Assembly: GCA_048268245.1 (NCBI GenBank)
Contig: JBLWVX010000023.1
Span: 1 to 39,817, forward strand
Source: Arcobacteraceae bacterium
GTDB lineage: Bacteria; Campylobacterota; Campylobacteria; Campylobacterales; Arcobacteraceae
DNA: 39,817 nucleotides
Reading direction: 5' to 3'
In this document: in pieces, positions 26,693 through 35,356 of the stretch
Position numbering within the stretch: the first letter of the stretch is position 1
Layout: the number at the start of each line of letters is the position of its first letter
Notes under the pieces: generated by a model
The model's input: only the letters and a program-made list of their open reading frames with translations
What the model was told of the DNA's origin: nothing
Database searches by the model: none
Position numbers and translations under genes: made by a program

Positions 26693-28234
26693 TTGTTAAA
26701 TATAAAAGATACTTTTATAGGGAAAAATCCTAAAAGTGACATTCTTTCAGGACTTGTTGTAGCCGTTGCATTAGTACCTGAAGCTATTGCATTCTCATTT
26801 ATTGCTCAAGTAAGTCCAATTGTTGGTCTTTATGCTGCATTTATTCTTGGATTAATTACTGCTTTAATGGGTGGGAAACCAGGTATGATTTCTGGGGCTA
26901 CTGGTGCAGTTGCTATTGTTTTAGTTGGTGTTAGTATTGCATCAAAAGAGATTCTAATTGCTCAAGGTCTAACAGGTGATGCACTATCATTTGGAATAAT
27001 TCAATATATTACTCTTACAGGTATTGTTGCAGGAACTATTCAAATTCTTATTGGTGTATTTAAAATGGGTAAGTTTATTCGTTTAGTGCCCCAACCAGCA
27101 CTTCATGGATTTGTAAATGGTTTAGCTGTTGTTATTGCTACGAGTCAATTTAAATTCTTAGATGGTGCTGGTATGACTATGTATGGCATTATCATTGGAA
27201 CAATGGCTATTATGTACTTCTTACCAAAGTTTACATCTGCTGTTCCAGGTGGATTAGTAGCTATTATCCTGTTTACTCTTGCAGTTTATTTTACAGGTGC
27301 AGATACAAAGCTTGTAGGTGATTTGGCAAACTTAACTGAGTTTAAAGGTTTACTACCACAATTTCATATTCCAGATGTGATTTTAGATTTTGATGCATTT
27401 ATGCTTGTACTTCCTTATGCTGTTATTGTTGCGCTTGTTGGTGTAATTGAGTCATTATTAACGCTATCAGTTTTAGATGAAATTAGTAATACAAGAGGTA
27501 GCGCAAACCAAGAGTGTATTGCACAAGGTACAGGAAATATTACTTGTGGATTCTTTGGAGCAATGCCAGGATGTGCAATGATTGGTCAATCAATCATCAA
27601 TTATACATCAGGAGGTCTTGGAAGATTATCAGGAGTTGTAGCTTCAATTGGACTTATTTTATTAGTTGCCACATTAACTGATCTTTTAAATATCATTCCT
27701 GTTGCAATTTTAGTTGGTATTATGTTTATGGTTTCTATTGGTACATTTGAATGGAGTTCATTTGCAAGAATTACAAAAATGCCAAAAAGTGATGCCTTTG
27801 TACTTGTAACTGTAACTGGTATTACAATTGTTGAAGACTTAGCGATTGCAGTTATTTCAGGTGTAATTATTTCAGCACTAGTATTTGCGTGGAATCATGC
27901 AAAAGTTACTGCTAAGAAACATATAGAAGAAGATGGTTCAAAAGTATATGAATTTGATGGACCTTTATTCTTTGGAAGTGTTACTTCATTTAACGAAAAC
28001 TTTGATATTGAAAATGATCCTGAGAATATTGTATTAGACTTTAAAGATGCTAGAGTTATGGATATTTCAGGTGTTGAAGCCATTGATGCAATTACAAAAA
28101 AATATGCTGATGCTAATAAAAAACTTGTTATTAGACATTTAAGTAAAGATTGTAAAAAAATTCTTAAAAATGCTGGACCATTCTGTACTTACGAAGAAGA
28201 TGATCCAAACTACAAAGTTGCTATTAACTACTAA
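26693..28234 (+). CDS. SulP family anion transporter with STAS domain (second, distinct subfamily)
   Basis: ALVPEAIAFS, PGMISGATGA, GCAMIGQS, GPLFFGS; TTG start. Confidence 0.93.
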   Translation: MLNIKDTFIGKNPKSDILSGLVVAVALVPEAIAFSFIAQVSPIVGLYAAFILGLITALMGGKPGMISGATGAVAIVLVGVSIASKEILIAQGLTGDALSFGIIQYITLTGIVAGTIQILIGVFKMGKFIRLVPQPALHGFVNGLAVVIATSQFKFLDGAGMTMYGIIIGTMAIMYFLPKFTSAVPGGLVAIILFTLAVYFTGADTKLVGDLANLTEFKGLLPQFHIPDVILDFDAFMLVLPYAVIVALVGVIESLLTLSVLDEISNTRGSANQECIAQGTGNITCGFFGAMPGCAMIGQSIINYTSGGLGRLSGVVASIGLILLVATLTDLLNIIPVAILVGIMFMVSIGTFEWSSFARITKMPKSDAFVLVTVTGITIVEDLAIAVISGVIISALVFAWNHAKVTAKKHIEEDGSKVYEFDGPLFFGSVTSFNENFDIENDPENIVLDFKDARVMDISGVEAIDAITKKYADANKKLVIRHLSKDCKKILKNAGPFCTYEEDDPNYKVAINY

Positions 28235-28247
28235 ATATTATTCTTAA

Positions 28248-28276
28248 AAATAAGCCCCTATTTATGGGGCTTATTT
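28248..28276 (+). terminator. Rho-independent terminator after the second SulP
   Basis: AAATAAGCCCC-7nt-GGGGCTTATTT. Confidence 0.8.
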
Positions 28277-28339
28277 CTTCTTATTTACAAGCTTTCAAAA
28301 ATTAGGTAAAATTAACTCATATATAAATTGAGGTGAATC

Positions 28340-28852
28340 ATGGAAATTTTTGATAGATATCAATCTGCTTCTTCAATTCATCAACAAATAGCTATAAAAA
28401 AAGCAGAGCTTTCAGCTATTGATAAAAAAGAGGAACAGAAGTCATCATTTGAAAAAACAGATACTGTTAATATTGGTGATAAAAACTATGATGAAAATGA
28501 TTACCAAAGAGTATTAGAAAAATTCAAAAGACTTGATTCTCAAACAAGAGCTCACGAACAACAACATGCTGCATTAGGTGACATAAAAGGTGCAATTTCT
28601 TATAACTATCAAACTGGACCAGATGGCAAACTTTATGCAACAGGTGGGCATGTTAGACTTGATACATCATTACCTCAAGATGAAGAAGCTGTTCTTGCAA
28701 AACTTGATAAACTTTCAAAATCAGCAGGAGCTCCAAGTGAATTAAGTAGTGCCGATGCTTCAATAGCAAGAGTTGCAAACTTAAATAAAATGCTTATTTT
28801 AAGCAAACAAGAAGAACAAGGAGTAAATGATGCAAATAACAAACAACAATAG
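28340..28852 (+). CDS. SprA-related putative metalloprotease-like protein
   Basis: RAHEQQH (HExxH), YQTGPDGKLYATGG, APSELSSAD..IA motifs typical of the SprA-related family. Confidence 0.8.
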   Translation: MEIFDRYQSASSIHQQIAIKKAELSAIDKKEEQKSSFEKTDTVNIGDKNYDENDYQRVLEKFKRLDSQTRAHEQQHAALGDIKGAISYNYQTGPDGKLYATGGHVRLDTSLPQDEEAVLAKLDKLSKSAGAPSELSSADASIARVANLNKMLILSKQEEQGVNDANNKQQ

Positions 28853-29075
28853 TTTAAATGGAATGCTAGCAGCACAAGCTCAAGTAACACAAACAGCTTC
28901 AAATTTAGCTCAGGTTGCAAATATTACAGGTGATCCCGCAACTCAAGAAGTTACTGCAGATTTTATAAATAGTATCGTAAATCAAATTCCTCAAGTAATC
29001 GCTTATGAAGCAAATGCACAAGGAATTATCACACAACAACAAGTAACAGATTCACTGTTAGATATAAAGGCTTAA
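28830..29075 (+). CDS. Small protein with a flagellar rod/hook C-terminal-like helix
   Basis: LNGMLAAQ...ASNLA N-helix and AYEANAQGI...SLLDIKA C-helix; GGAG RBS favours the second ATG (28830). Confidence 0.7.
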   Translation: MQITNNNSLNGMLAAQAQVTQTASNLAQVANITGDPATQEVTADFINSIVNQIPQVIAYEANAQGIITQQQVTDSLLDIKA

Positions 29076-29079
29076 ATAA

Positions 29080-29511
29080 ATGAGTAAAATAAATGTAGTT
29101 TGTCCATCATGTTTAAAAGTAAATGCTATTCCTAAAAAAGATTCATACAATAAAGCTAATTGTGGTTCATGTAAAAACTCATTACTTGAGACACACCCTA
29201 TTGAGTTAAATGAAGAAAATTTTGATCATGTTATAGTAAACTCTGACATTCCTGTAATTGTAGATTTTTGGGCACCTTGGTGTGGTCCATGTAAGATGAT
29301 GACTCCAATTTTTAATGAAACAGCAACAAAATATCCTCTAAAAGCTTTATTTGCAAAAGTAAATACCCAAGAACATCAAGCTTTAGGTGCAAAGTATGGT
29401 ATTAGATCAATTCCAACACTTGTAGTTTATAAAGCAGGAAGTGAAGTAAAAAGAGCTAGTGGAGCACTTGATCCACTTAGACTTTCAAATCTAGTAAATG
29501 AGAATTTATAA
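29080..29511 (+). CDS. trxC: Thioredoxin 2 with N-terminal zinc finger
   Basis: CPSC/CGSC zinc ribbon plus DFWAPWCGPC. Confidence 0.93.
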   Translation: MSKINVVCPSCLKVNAIPKKDSYNKANCGSCKNSLLETHPIELNEENFDHVIVNSDIPVIVDFWAPWCGPCKMMTPIFNETATKYPLKALFAKVNTQEHQALGAKYGIRSIPTLVVYKAGSEVKRASGALDPLRLSNLVNENL

Positions 29512-29537
29512 AAACTAAGACTTAGTTTTTATAAATT
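29503..29537. terminator. 17-bp perfect inverted repeat spanning both convergent stop codons (bidirectional terminator candidate)
   Basis: AATTTATAAAAACTAAG-A-CTTAGTTTTTATAAATT. Confidence 0.65.
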
Positions 29538-30009
29538 TGTTTAGTTCTTTTAACTGTGTTTCATTAAAAACAACAACACCATTTTCTTCAAGAAGTCTAG
29601 CTGTTAAACCTCTTCCTTCAGCTAAAGTGCCATTGAAATTCCCATCATATATTTTTTCATTTCCACAAGATGGAGATTTTGATTTAAGTAAAGCTACTTT
29701 TATACCTTCATTTTGACAAAGATCTAAAGCATTTTTAGCCCCAAGTAAAAAGTTGATTGTTACATCATTTTGTTCTTTTGTTAATACTTTAAAAGGCTTA
29801 TTAGAACTTACAACTTCAGCTGGTTCTCTAGGAGTAGTTAAGCCTCCTGATACTTCTGGACAAAACGAATAAATTTGATTGTCACATAAAATATCCATAA
29901 ACAACTCTTTTTGAGAGAATGTAAAAGAAGAACCCATAGCAATAGATGAGTTTCCTCCATCATATCTTACATCCTCACCTAATAAACATGAAGAAATAAG
30001 AAGCTTCAT
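29515..30009 (-). CDS. DUF523 / thiouracil desulfurase (TudS)-family protein
   Basis: SSCLLG.VRYDG, CPEVSGGL..PREP, KSKSPSCG motifs. Confidence 0.88.
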   Translation of the reverse strand: MKLLISSCLLGEDVRYDGGNSSIAMGSSFTFSQKELFMDILCDNQIYSFCPEVSGGLTTPREPAEVVSSNKPFKVLTKEQNDVTINFLLGAKNALDLCQNEGIKVALLKSKSPSCGNEKIYDGNFNGTLAEGRGLTARLLEENGVVVFNETQLKELNKFIKTKS

Positions 30010-30012
30010 ATA

Positions 30013-30792
30013 TTAAGCTTCCTCATCTATAGGGTCAATTCTATCTAATTCATCTTTTGTAAAAAATGTTGATAGTTGGATATTATTAAATGCTGCTTTC
30101 ATAGATACAAATATTTGTGGATTATCTTCTTCTAATTGTGCTAATAACTCTTTAGTTTTTGCTCTAGCATATGGCATTTTAACATCAAATCTAAGACCTG
30201 GACAAGCCTCATCACCAATAACACTAATTTCATTACTATCTGCAAATGCTCTTAATTGTCTTTCTCTACAGAAGATTAACGGTCTGATTACTTCTAAACC
30301 ATTTTCTGCTTTATAAATTGGTGGCATTGATCTCATAGTTCCATTATAAAAGAAGTTCATGAAAAATGACTCCATTGCATCATCTAAGTGATGGCCTAAT
30401 GCAACTTTATTATATCCTTGCTCTAATGCAGTTGAATAAAGATACCCTCTTCTCATTCTTGAAAAAAATGAACAAAAAGATGAGTTCTTTCTAATTTTTT
30501 CACCTGCTAATTCAAAGATTTCTGTATCAACGATTTCATGTTCTATTCCATGTTCTTTACAATGGTCCGCTAAGAATTGTACTTGCTCACCCATACCATA
30601 TGTAATAGTTACTGCTTTAAACTCAAAGTTATATGGTGCAACACTTTGAAGTCTTTTTAATGCATGAATTAATGTAGTTGAGTCTTTTCCACCAGAAAAA
30701 CCAACTAATACTCTATCACCTTCTTTGATAAGGCTATATTCGGCATTTGTTTTCCCTACTAGTTTAGATATTTTTTTACTTAGTTCTATCAA
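30013..30792 (-). CDS. ttcA: TtcA-family tRNA thiolation PP-loop ATPase
   Basis: SGGKDS PP-loop, CSFFSRMRRG, ALGHHLDD, VIRPL; TTG start. Confidence 0.82.
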   Translation of the reverse strand: MIELSKKISKLVGKTNAEYSLIKEGDRVLVGFSGGKDSTTLIHALKRLQSVAPYNFEFKAVTITYGMGEQVQFLADHCKEHGIEHEIVDTEIFELAGEKIRKNSSFCSFFSRMRRGYLYSTALEQGYNKVALGHHLDDAMESFFMNFFYNGTMRSMPPIYKAENGLEVIRPLIFCRERQLRAFADSNEISVIGDEACPGLRFDVKMPYARAKTKELLAQLEEDNPQIFVSMKAAFNNIQLSTFFTKDELDRIDPIDEEA

Positions 30793-30961
30793 GATATATA
30801 TCCTACTTAAAAAATTTTTGCAAGTATATCGAAAAAGTTCTCAAAATTATGTTTTTTATATATAAATTTTATATTAATTATATAAATTGTCTATATTTTA
30901 CTAAATTTTTAGATAAAATCATTATAATTCCAGATACTTTCAAGCATTAGGAAAAGAATAC

Positions 30962-31171
30962 ATGACACTAGAAGAACAAGAAGAGTTTAAACAAAAAATT
31001 GCCGAAACAATTTTACCAATTGCTGTTAATATGACAGAAGAGCAAATCAGAACAGTGATTTTAAATGTTTTAAAAGATAATGAAGAAATGAACCCTGCTT
31101 TTGGTGATATGTTATTTGAACAAATCATGATTCATAAATATAATTTGAACAACAAAAATACAAATAATTAA
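30962..31171 (+). CDS. Small hypothetical protein (69 aa)
   Basis: AGGA RBS, ATG start, amphipathic helical sequence, followed by a palindrome. Confidence 0.7.
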   Translation: MTLEEQEEFKQKIAETILPIAVNMTEEQIRTVILNVLKDNEEMNPAFGDMLFEQIMIHKYNLNNKNTNN

Positions 31172-31182
31172 TCTACTAATTC

Positions 31183-31200
31183 ATTTGGTTTAAACCAAAT
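31183..31200. promoter_or_regulatory. 18-bp perfect palindrome (terminator or operator)
   Basis: ATTTGGTTTAAACCAAAT lies between the 69-aa gene and a TATAAT at 31226-31231. Confidence 0.45.
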
Positions 31201-31263
31201 TTATCAAATTTTAAATATGTGTCGTTATAATTTCGCCCCAAAAATAAATTTAAAGGCTTAAAA

Positions 31264-31581
31264 ATAAGAATTACAGTTTCAGTAAAAGACTTAAAAATAT
31301 TACAAGAACTTTGTAAAGACCATGGTCAAGCAGAACTATACAAAAAACTTCATTTAGAAGAAGAGAAGTATCAAAAAAGTTTAACTGAAAAGAAAAGTAA
31401 AGCTACTAAAAAAGCTACTAAAACTAGACAAGAAACAGCTAAACGAAAGATTGAAGCTTCTGTAAATATGATGAGAATGTTTAATCAAAAAATTACAGTA
31501 TATTCTGTATCTAAAGAAGCGCAGGTAAGCTACAACACTGCTTTAAAATACAAAGAATTTATAGAACAAAATGCAAAGTAA
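31264..31581 (+). CDS. Unlisted 105-aa basic protein with a C-terminal HTH-like motif (DUF6262/TnpC-like), probable ATA start
   Basis: Open frame (I/M)RITVSVKDLKILQELC...KITVYSVSKEAQVSYNTALKYKEFIEQNAK*; TATAAT 31226-31231, AAGG RBS, terminator hairpin at the stop. Confidence 0.78.
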   Translation: MRITVSVKDLKILQELCKDHGQAELYKKLHLEEEKYQKSLTEKKSKATKKATKTRQETAKRKIEASVNMMRMFNQKITVYSVSKEAQVSYNTALKYKEFIEQNAK

Positions 31582-31593
31582 TCTACTTTGCAT
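31571..31593 (+). terminator. Hairpin overlapping the stop of the 105-aa ORF
   Basis: ATGCAAAGTA-ATC-TACTTTGCAT. Confidence 0.55.
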
Positions 31594-31651
31594 TAAGTAA
31601 CTATTTTTTATTTTTTGGTAATATTTCATTTACCTAAATTAGGAGAATGAA

Positions 31652-32872
31652 ATGAGAGAATTTATAAGTTACGATAAATCATTAGAAATACTAAATAATA
31701 TTAAACTATCAAAACCTACAATACAAAAAGAGTTTTTAATCAATGCTATTGGAAAAGTAATAGCAAGTGATATAATAGCTGATCATAACTCACCTGAGTT
31801 TCCAACATCTGGAATGGATGGATATGCTATAAAACATGAAGACCAAACTTTAAAAACAATCAAAGTTATTGATAAAAACCCCGCTGGTTCTGTGGTTGAA
31901 TCAAAAGTAGAAACAGGTGTTTGTATCAAAACATTTACAGGTTCACTAATGCCCGAAGGTAGTGACACTTTAATTCCTATTGAAAATGTAGAAGTAAATG
32001 GTGATGAAATTACAATCACAAAAGAAGTTCCATTTGGTTTTGCTACAAGAGCTATTGGTGAAAACTATGCAAAAAATGAAGTTTTAATCAAAAAAGGAAC
32101 TGTTGTTGGATTTGCTGAAGTTGGGGTTTTAGCTTCTTTAAATATAGCACAAATTCCAGTTATTGTAAATCCTACTGTAGCAATTGCTAGTACTGGAAGT
32201 GAGATTTTAGATTTAGGTGAGACACAAACAAATGATGCTCAAATTAGAAGTTCAAATCACTTAACAATTGAAGCTTTATGTAAAAAAGCAGGTGCATCAA
32301 CTGTTCAACTTGGAATAGTAAAAGATGATATAGACTCAATTACTGATATGTTAGAAACTGCACTGTCAAAATCTGATATAGTTGTTACAACTGGTGGTGT
32401 ATCTGTAGGTGATTATGACTTTGTTCAAGATGTTATTAAAGATAAACTTCAAGCAGAAGTTTTATTTCATGGTGTAACTATTAAACCTGGTATGCATTTA
32501 CTTGCTGCTGTTAAAGATGGAAAAACTATTATTGCACTTCCTGGATTTGCTTACTCTTCTACTGTTTGTGCTATTTTATATGTATTACCTCTTATCTACA
32601 GACTTAGAGGCTCAAATGAGAAACTTCCAATAGTAAAAGCTAAAATACAACAAGACTTCCCTAGAAGAATGCCTAAGACTGTATTTACAGCTTGTAATGT
32701 AGCTTATGAAAATGGTGAATATACTATTAACTTTGATGGTAAGAAAAAAGGAACAAGTGCAATTTTAACAAATATGCTTGAAAGCCCTGCCCTTCTTATT
32801 CAAAAAGAAGATAGTGAAGATATTAAAGAAGGTGATTTAGTAGATATCTTACTTTTAAATGAACTAAAATAA
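31652..32872 (+). CDS. moeA: Molybdopterin molybdotransferase
   Basis: SGMDGYA, TGSLMPEGSD, STGSEI, TTGGVSVGDYD, IKPG..LPG. Confidence 0.95.
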   Translation: MREFISYDKSLEILNNIKLSKPTIQKEFLINAIGKVIASDIIADHNSPEFPTSGMDGYAIKHEDQTLKTIKVIDKNPAGSVVESKVETGVCIKTFTGSLMPEGSDTLIPIENVEVNGDEITITKEVPFGFATRAIGENYAKNEVLIKKGTVVGFAEVGVLASLNIAQIPVIVNPTVAIASTGSEILDLGETQTNDAQIRSSNHLTIEALCKKAGASTVQLGIVKDDIDSITDMLETALSKSDIVVTTGGVSVGDYDFVQDVIKDKLQAEVLFHGVTIKPGMHLLAAVKDGKTIIALPGFAYSSTVCAILYVLPLIYRLRGSNEKLPIVKAKIQQDFPRRMPKTVFTACNVAYENGEYTINFDGKKKGTSAILTNMLESPALLIQKEDSEDIKEGDLVDILLLNELK

Positions 32873-32886
32873 TAGTTCATTTAAAA
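32853..32886. terminator. Bidirectional terminator between moeA and the permease
   Basis: TTTTAAATGAACTA-6nt-TAGTTCATTTAAAA. Confidence 0.7.
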
Positions 32887-32887
32887 T

Positions 32888-34009
32888 CTAAGAGCAACAA
32901 GATTTTGTTTGCTCTTTTTTCCTAAACTTATCTTTAAATAGATGATAAAAAATCAAAAGTAAAACTGCAAAAGAAGCTAAACTCTCTATTAAAGAACTGC
33001 TCTCATACTCCAGAGAAACTCTTAAAATCTCTAAATTATCAAATAAAATATCAAATAAAATACCAAATACTAAAGCTAAAATAGAAATAGTAGCTACATA
33101 AATAATAAGTGATGTTTTTCCAAGCATTTTATAAACTATACTCATAGTAATTACACTAGTTGCAGGTCCTGCTGTAAGAAAAATAAAAGCAGCACCACTA
33201 CTCATACCCTGAAGCATTAAAGCAGCAGCTATTGGAAGTGATGCCGTTGCACAAGTGTATAAAGGAATAGCAAAAAGCATTATTACAATATATGTTAAAA
33301 ACACATTATCAAAAAGCATACTACTATACTCTTTAGGTATAAAAGTAATAAATAAACTTCCTAAAATAAGCCCTATAAGTAAAGCCTTTGCCATATCTGC
33401 AAAAAGTGTAATATAAGCATAAGTAAATACAGCCTTAATTGAAAAGCCTTTTTTTACTTCATTTGAACTACAACAACTAGTTACTTCCTCTTTTACTTCT
33501 TTTTTTATAGTAGTAGAAAAGTTTTGTGTAAAGTTCATTTGACCTTGTGTATTTATTGGGTTCACACTAAATGCAGGCTTTTCTTTTATTTGTTCTTTTT
33601 TTTCAAAAATATTTTGTACTAATCCAACACTTATAGCTATGATAATTGAAGATATAACTCTAAAAACAGTAAATACTAAACCAAAAAGTGAAAAAGTAGC
33701 TAAGATAGAATCAACTCCTGTTATAGGAGTTGAAATCAAAAAGCTTTGAACAGCACCTTTACTAGCACCCTCTTTTCTAAGTCCTTGCGCTAAGGGAATA
33801 ACAGAACAAGAACAAACAGGTAAAGGAATACCAAATATAGCAGCTTTTACTACTGAACTTGTAGAGTCTTTGCCTAAATGCGAGGATACAAAATCTGCTG
33901 GTACTATTTGTTTTAATATACCAGCAAAAAAAAGTCCAATCATTATATAAATAGCAAAAGCATCTAAAAGTGTTAAAAAATTCTGTGCAAAGTCATGTGC
34001 TAATTCCAT
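32888..34009 (-). CDS. DUF318/ArsP-type (SO_0444-like) metal(loid) permease
   Basis: GIPLPVCSCSVIP, TPITGVDS, PLYTCATASLP, AGPAT motifs; Cys pairs SCCS in the central loop and at the C-terminus. Confidence 0.85.
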   Translation of the reverse strand: MELAHDFAQNFLTLLDAFAIYIMIGLFFAGILKQIVPADFVSSHLGKDSTSSVVKAAIFGIPLPVCSCSVIPLAQGLRKEGASKGAVQSFLISTPITGVDSILATFSLFGLVFTVFRVISSIIIAISVGLVQNIFEKKEQIKEKPAFSVNPINTQGQMNFTQNFSTTIKKEVKEEVTSCCSSNEVKKGFSIKAVFTYAYITLFADMAKALLIGLILGSLFITFIPKEYSSMLFDNVFLTYIVIMLFAIPLYTCATASLPIAAALMLQGMSSGAAFIFLTAGPATSVITMSIVYKMLGKTSLIIYVATISILALVFGILFDILFDNLEILRVSLEYESSSLIESLASFAVLLLIFYHLFKDKFRKKEQTKSCCS

Positions 34010-34012
34010 TTT

Positions 34013-35356
34013 TTACTCCTCTTCAAGTAAATTTTTATTATCAATTTGTTTTTTGGGTTTAACTCCAAGATCTATGAACTCTTGAGATCTTTTAAGAAGA
34101 TTACCATTTCCTGTTGAGAGCTTTTTCATTGCATTATCATAAGACTTTTGAGTTCTATTGATATGAGTACCTACTTCTTCTAAATCTTTTACAAATAAAG
34201 CAAACTTATCATACAAATACCCTGCTTTTTTAGCAATAAGTAAGGCATTTTCATGTTGATGTTCATTTCTCCAAATGTTCTCAATTGTTCTTAATGTTAC
34301 AAATAAAGTAGAAGGAGAAACCAGCATAATATTATATTCAAAAGCTAATTTAAATAGGTTTTCTTCTTCTGTACTTGCAAGTAAAAAAGCTCCCTCAATT
34401 GGAATAAATAAAAGTACAAAATCCAAAGTTCTTACAGCCTCTATATCTTCATATTTTTTAGAACTAAGACCTTTAATATGTGCAGTAATTGATTTAACCA
34501 ACTCTTTTTTGGCAAGAGTTTTTTTGTTTTCATCTTCACTACTTGTATAATCTATATATGCTTTAAGTGAAACCTTTGAATCAATAATAATATCTTTATT
34601 TGAAGGTAAATGTACAATAACATCTGGTCTTAATCTTTTGCCATGCTCATCTGTAAAAGAGCCTTGTGTAGAGTACTCTTTCCCTTCTCTAAGACCTGTT
34701 TGCTCTAAGATAGAAGATAAAATCATTTCACCCCAATCACCTTGAGCTTTATTATCACCCTTTAGGGCTTTTGTAAGATTTACAGCGTCATTTGAGATTT
34801 GTTGATTTAACTCTTTTAAATTTTTTATTTCTGTGAGTAATGAGCTTCTTTGTTTCGTTTCTTCATTGTAAATATCATTTACTCTTTTACCAAAAGAGTC
34901 TAGTTGCTCTTTAAAAGGTGTAAGAAGTTGGTTTAACGTAACATTTGATTTTTTTTGACTTTGTTCAAAAACCTTTGTTGCTAAAGACTCAAATTCTATT
35001 TTCATTTTCTCTTTTGACTCTTCAAGTAGATTTATTTTTTCATTAAAAGAGTCTTCTTTTATCTTGTACTCATTTGTTAGATTTTCTAGTCTTAACTCAT
35101 AAGTTTCCATAAGATTTTCTTGAATTTGATCTGCTTGGTTTTGAATAGCTTTTATTTTATCTTCATAGAAAGAGCTTATAAGTTCTATTTTTTCATTTGC
35201 TGTTTGTATTTTCAATAAGACTTCATCTTGTAGGTTTTGAACTCTTTCTTCATACTTTTGTTTAGTAAAATGCAAAATAGCCATAACTGCTAAAGTTATG
35301 GCTATTATACTTAAAATAAGTGTAAGTGTATTTATTTCAATGACACTATTCATCAA
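34013..35356 (-). CDS. rmuC: DNA recombination protein RmuC
   Basis: N-terminal TM plus coiled coil, QGDWGE, RPDVIVHLP..IDSKVSL, LFIPIEGA, VSPSTL. Confidence 0.95.
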   Translation of the reverse strand: MMNSVIEINTLTLILSIIAITLAVMAILHFTKQKYEERVQNLQDEVLLKIQTANEKIELISSFYEDKIKAIQNQADQIQENLMETYELRLENLTNEYKIKEDSFNEKINLLEESKEKMKIEFESLATKVFEQSQKKSNVTLNQLLTPFKEQLDSFGKRVNDIYNEETKQRSSLLTEIKNLKELNQQISNDAVNLTKALKGDNKAQGDWGEMILSSILEQTGLREGKEYSTQGSFTDEHGKRLRPDVIVHLPSNKDIIIDSKVSLKAYIDYTSSEDENKKTLAKKELVKSITAHIKGLSSKKYEDIEAVRTLDFVLLFIPIEGAFLLASTEEENLFKLAFEYNIMLVSPSTLFVTLRTIENIWRNEHQHENALLIAKKAGYLYDKFALFVKDLEEVGTHINRTQKSYDNAMKKLSTGNGNLLKRSQEFIDLGVKPKKQIDNKNLLEEE

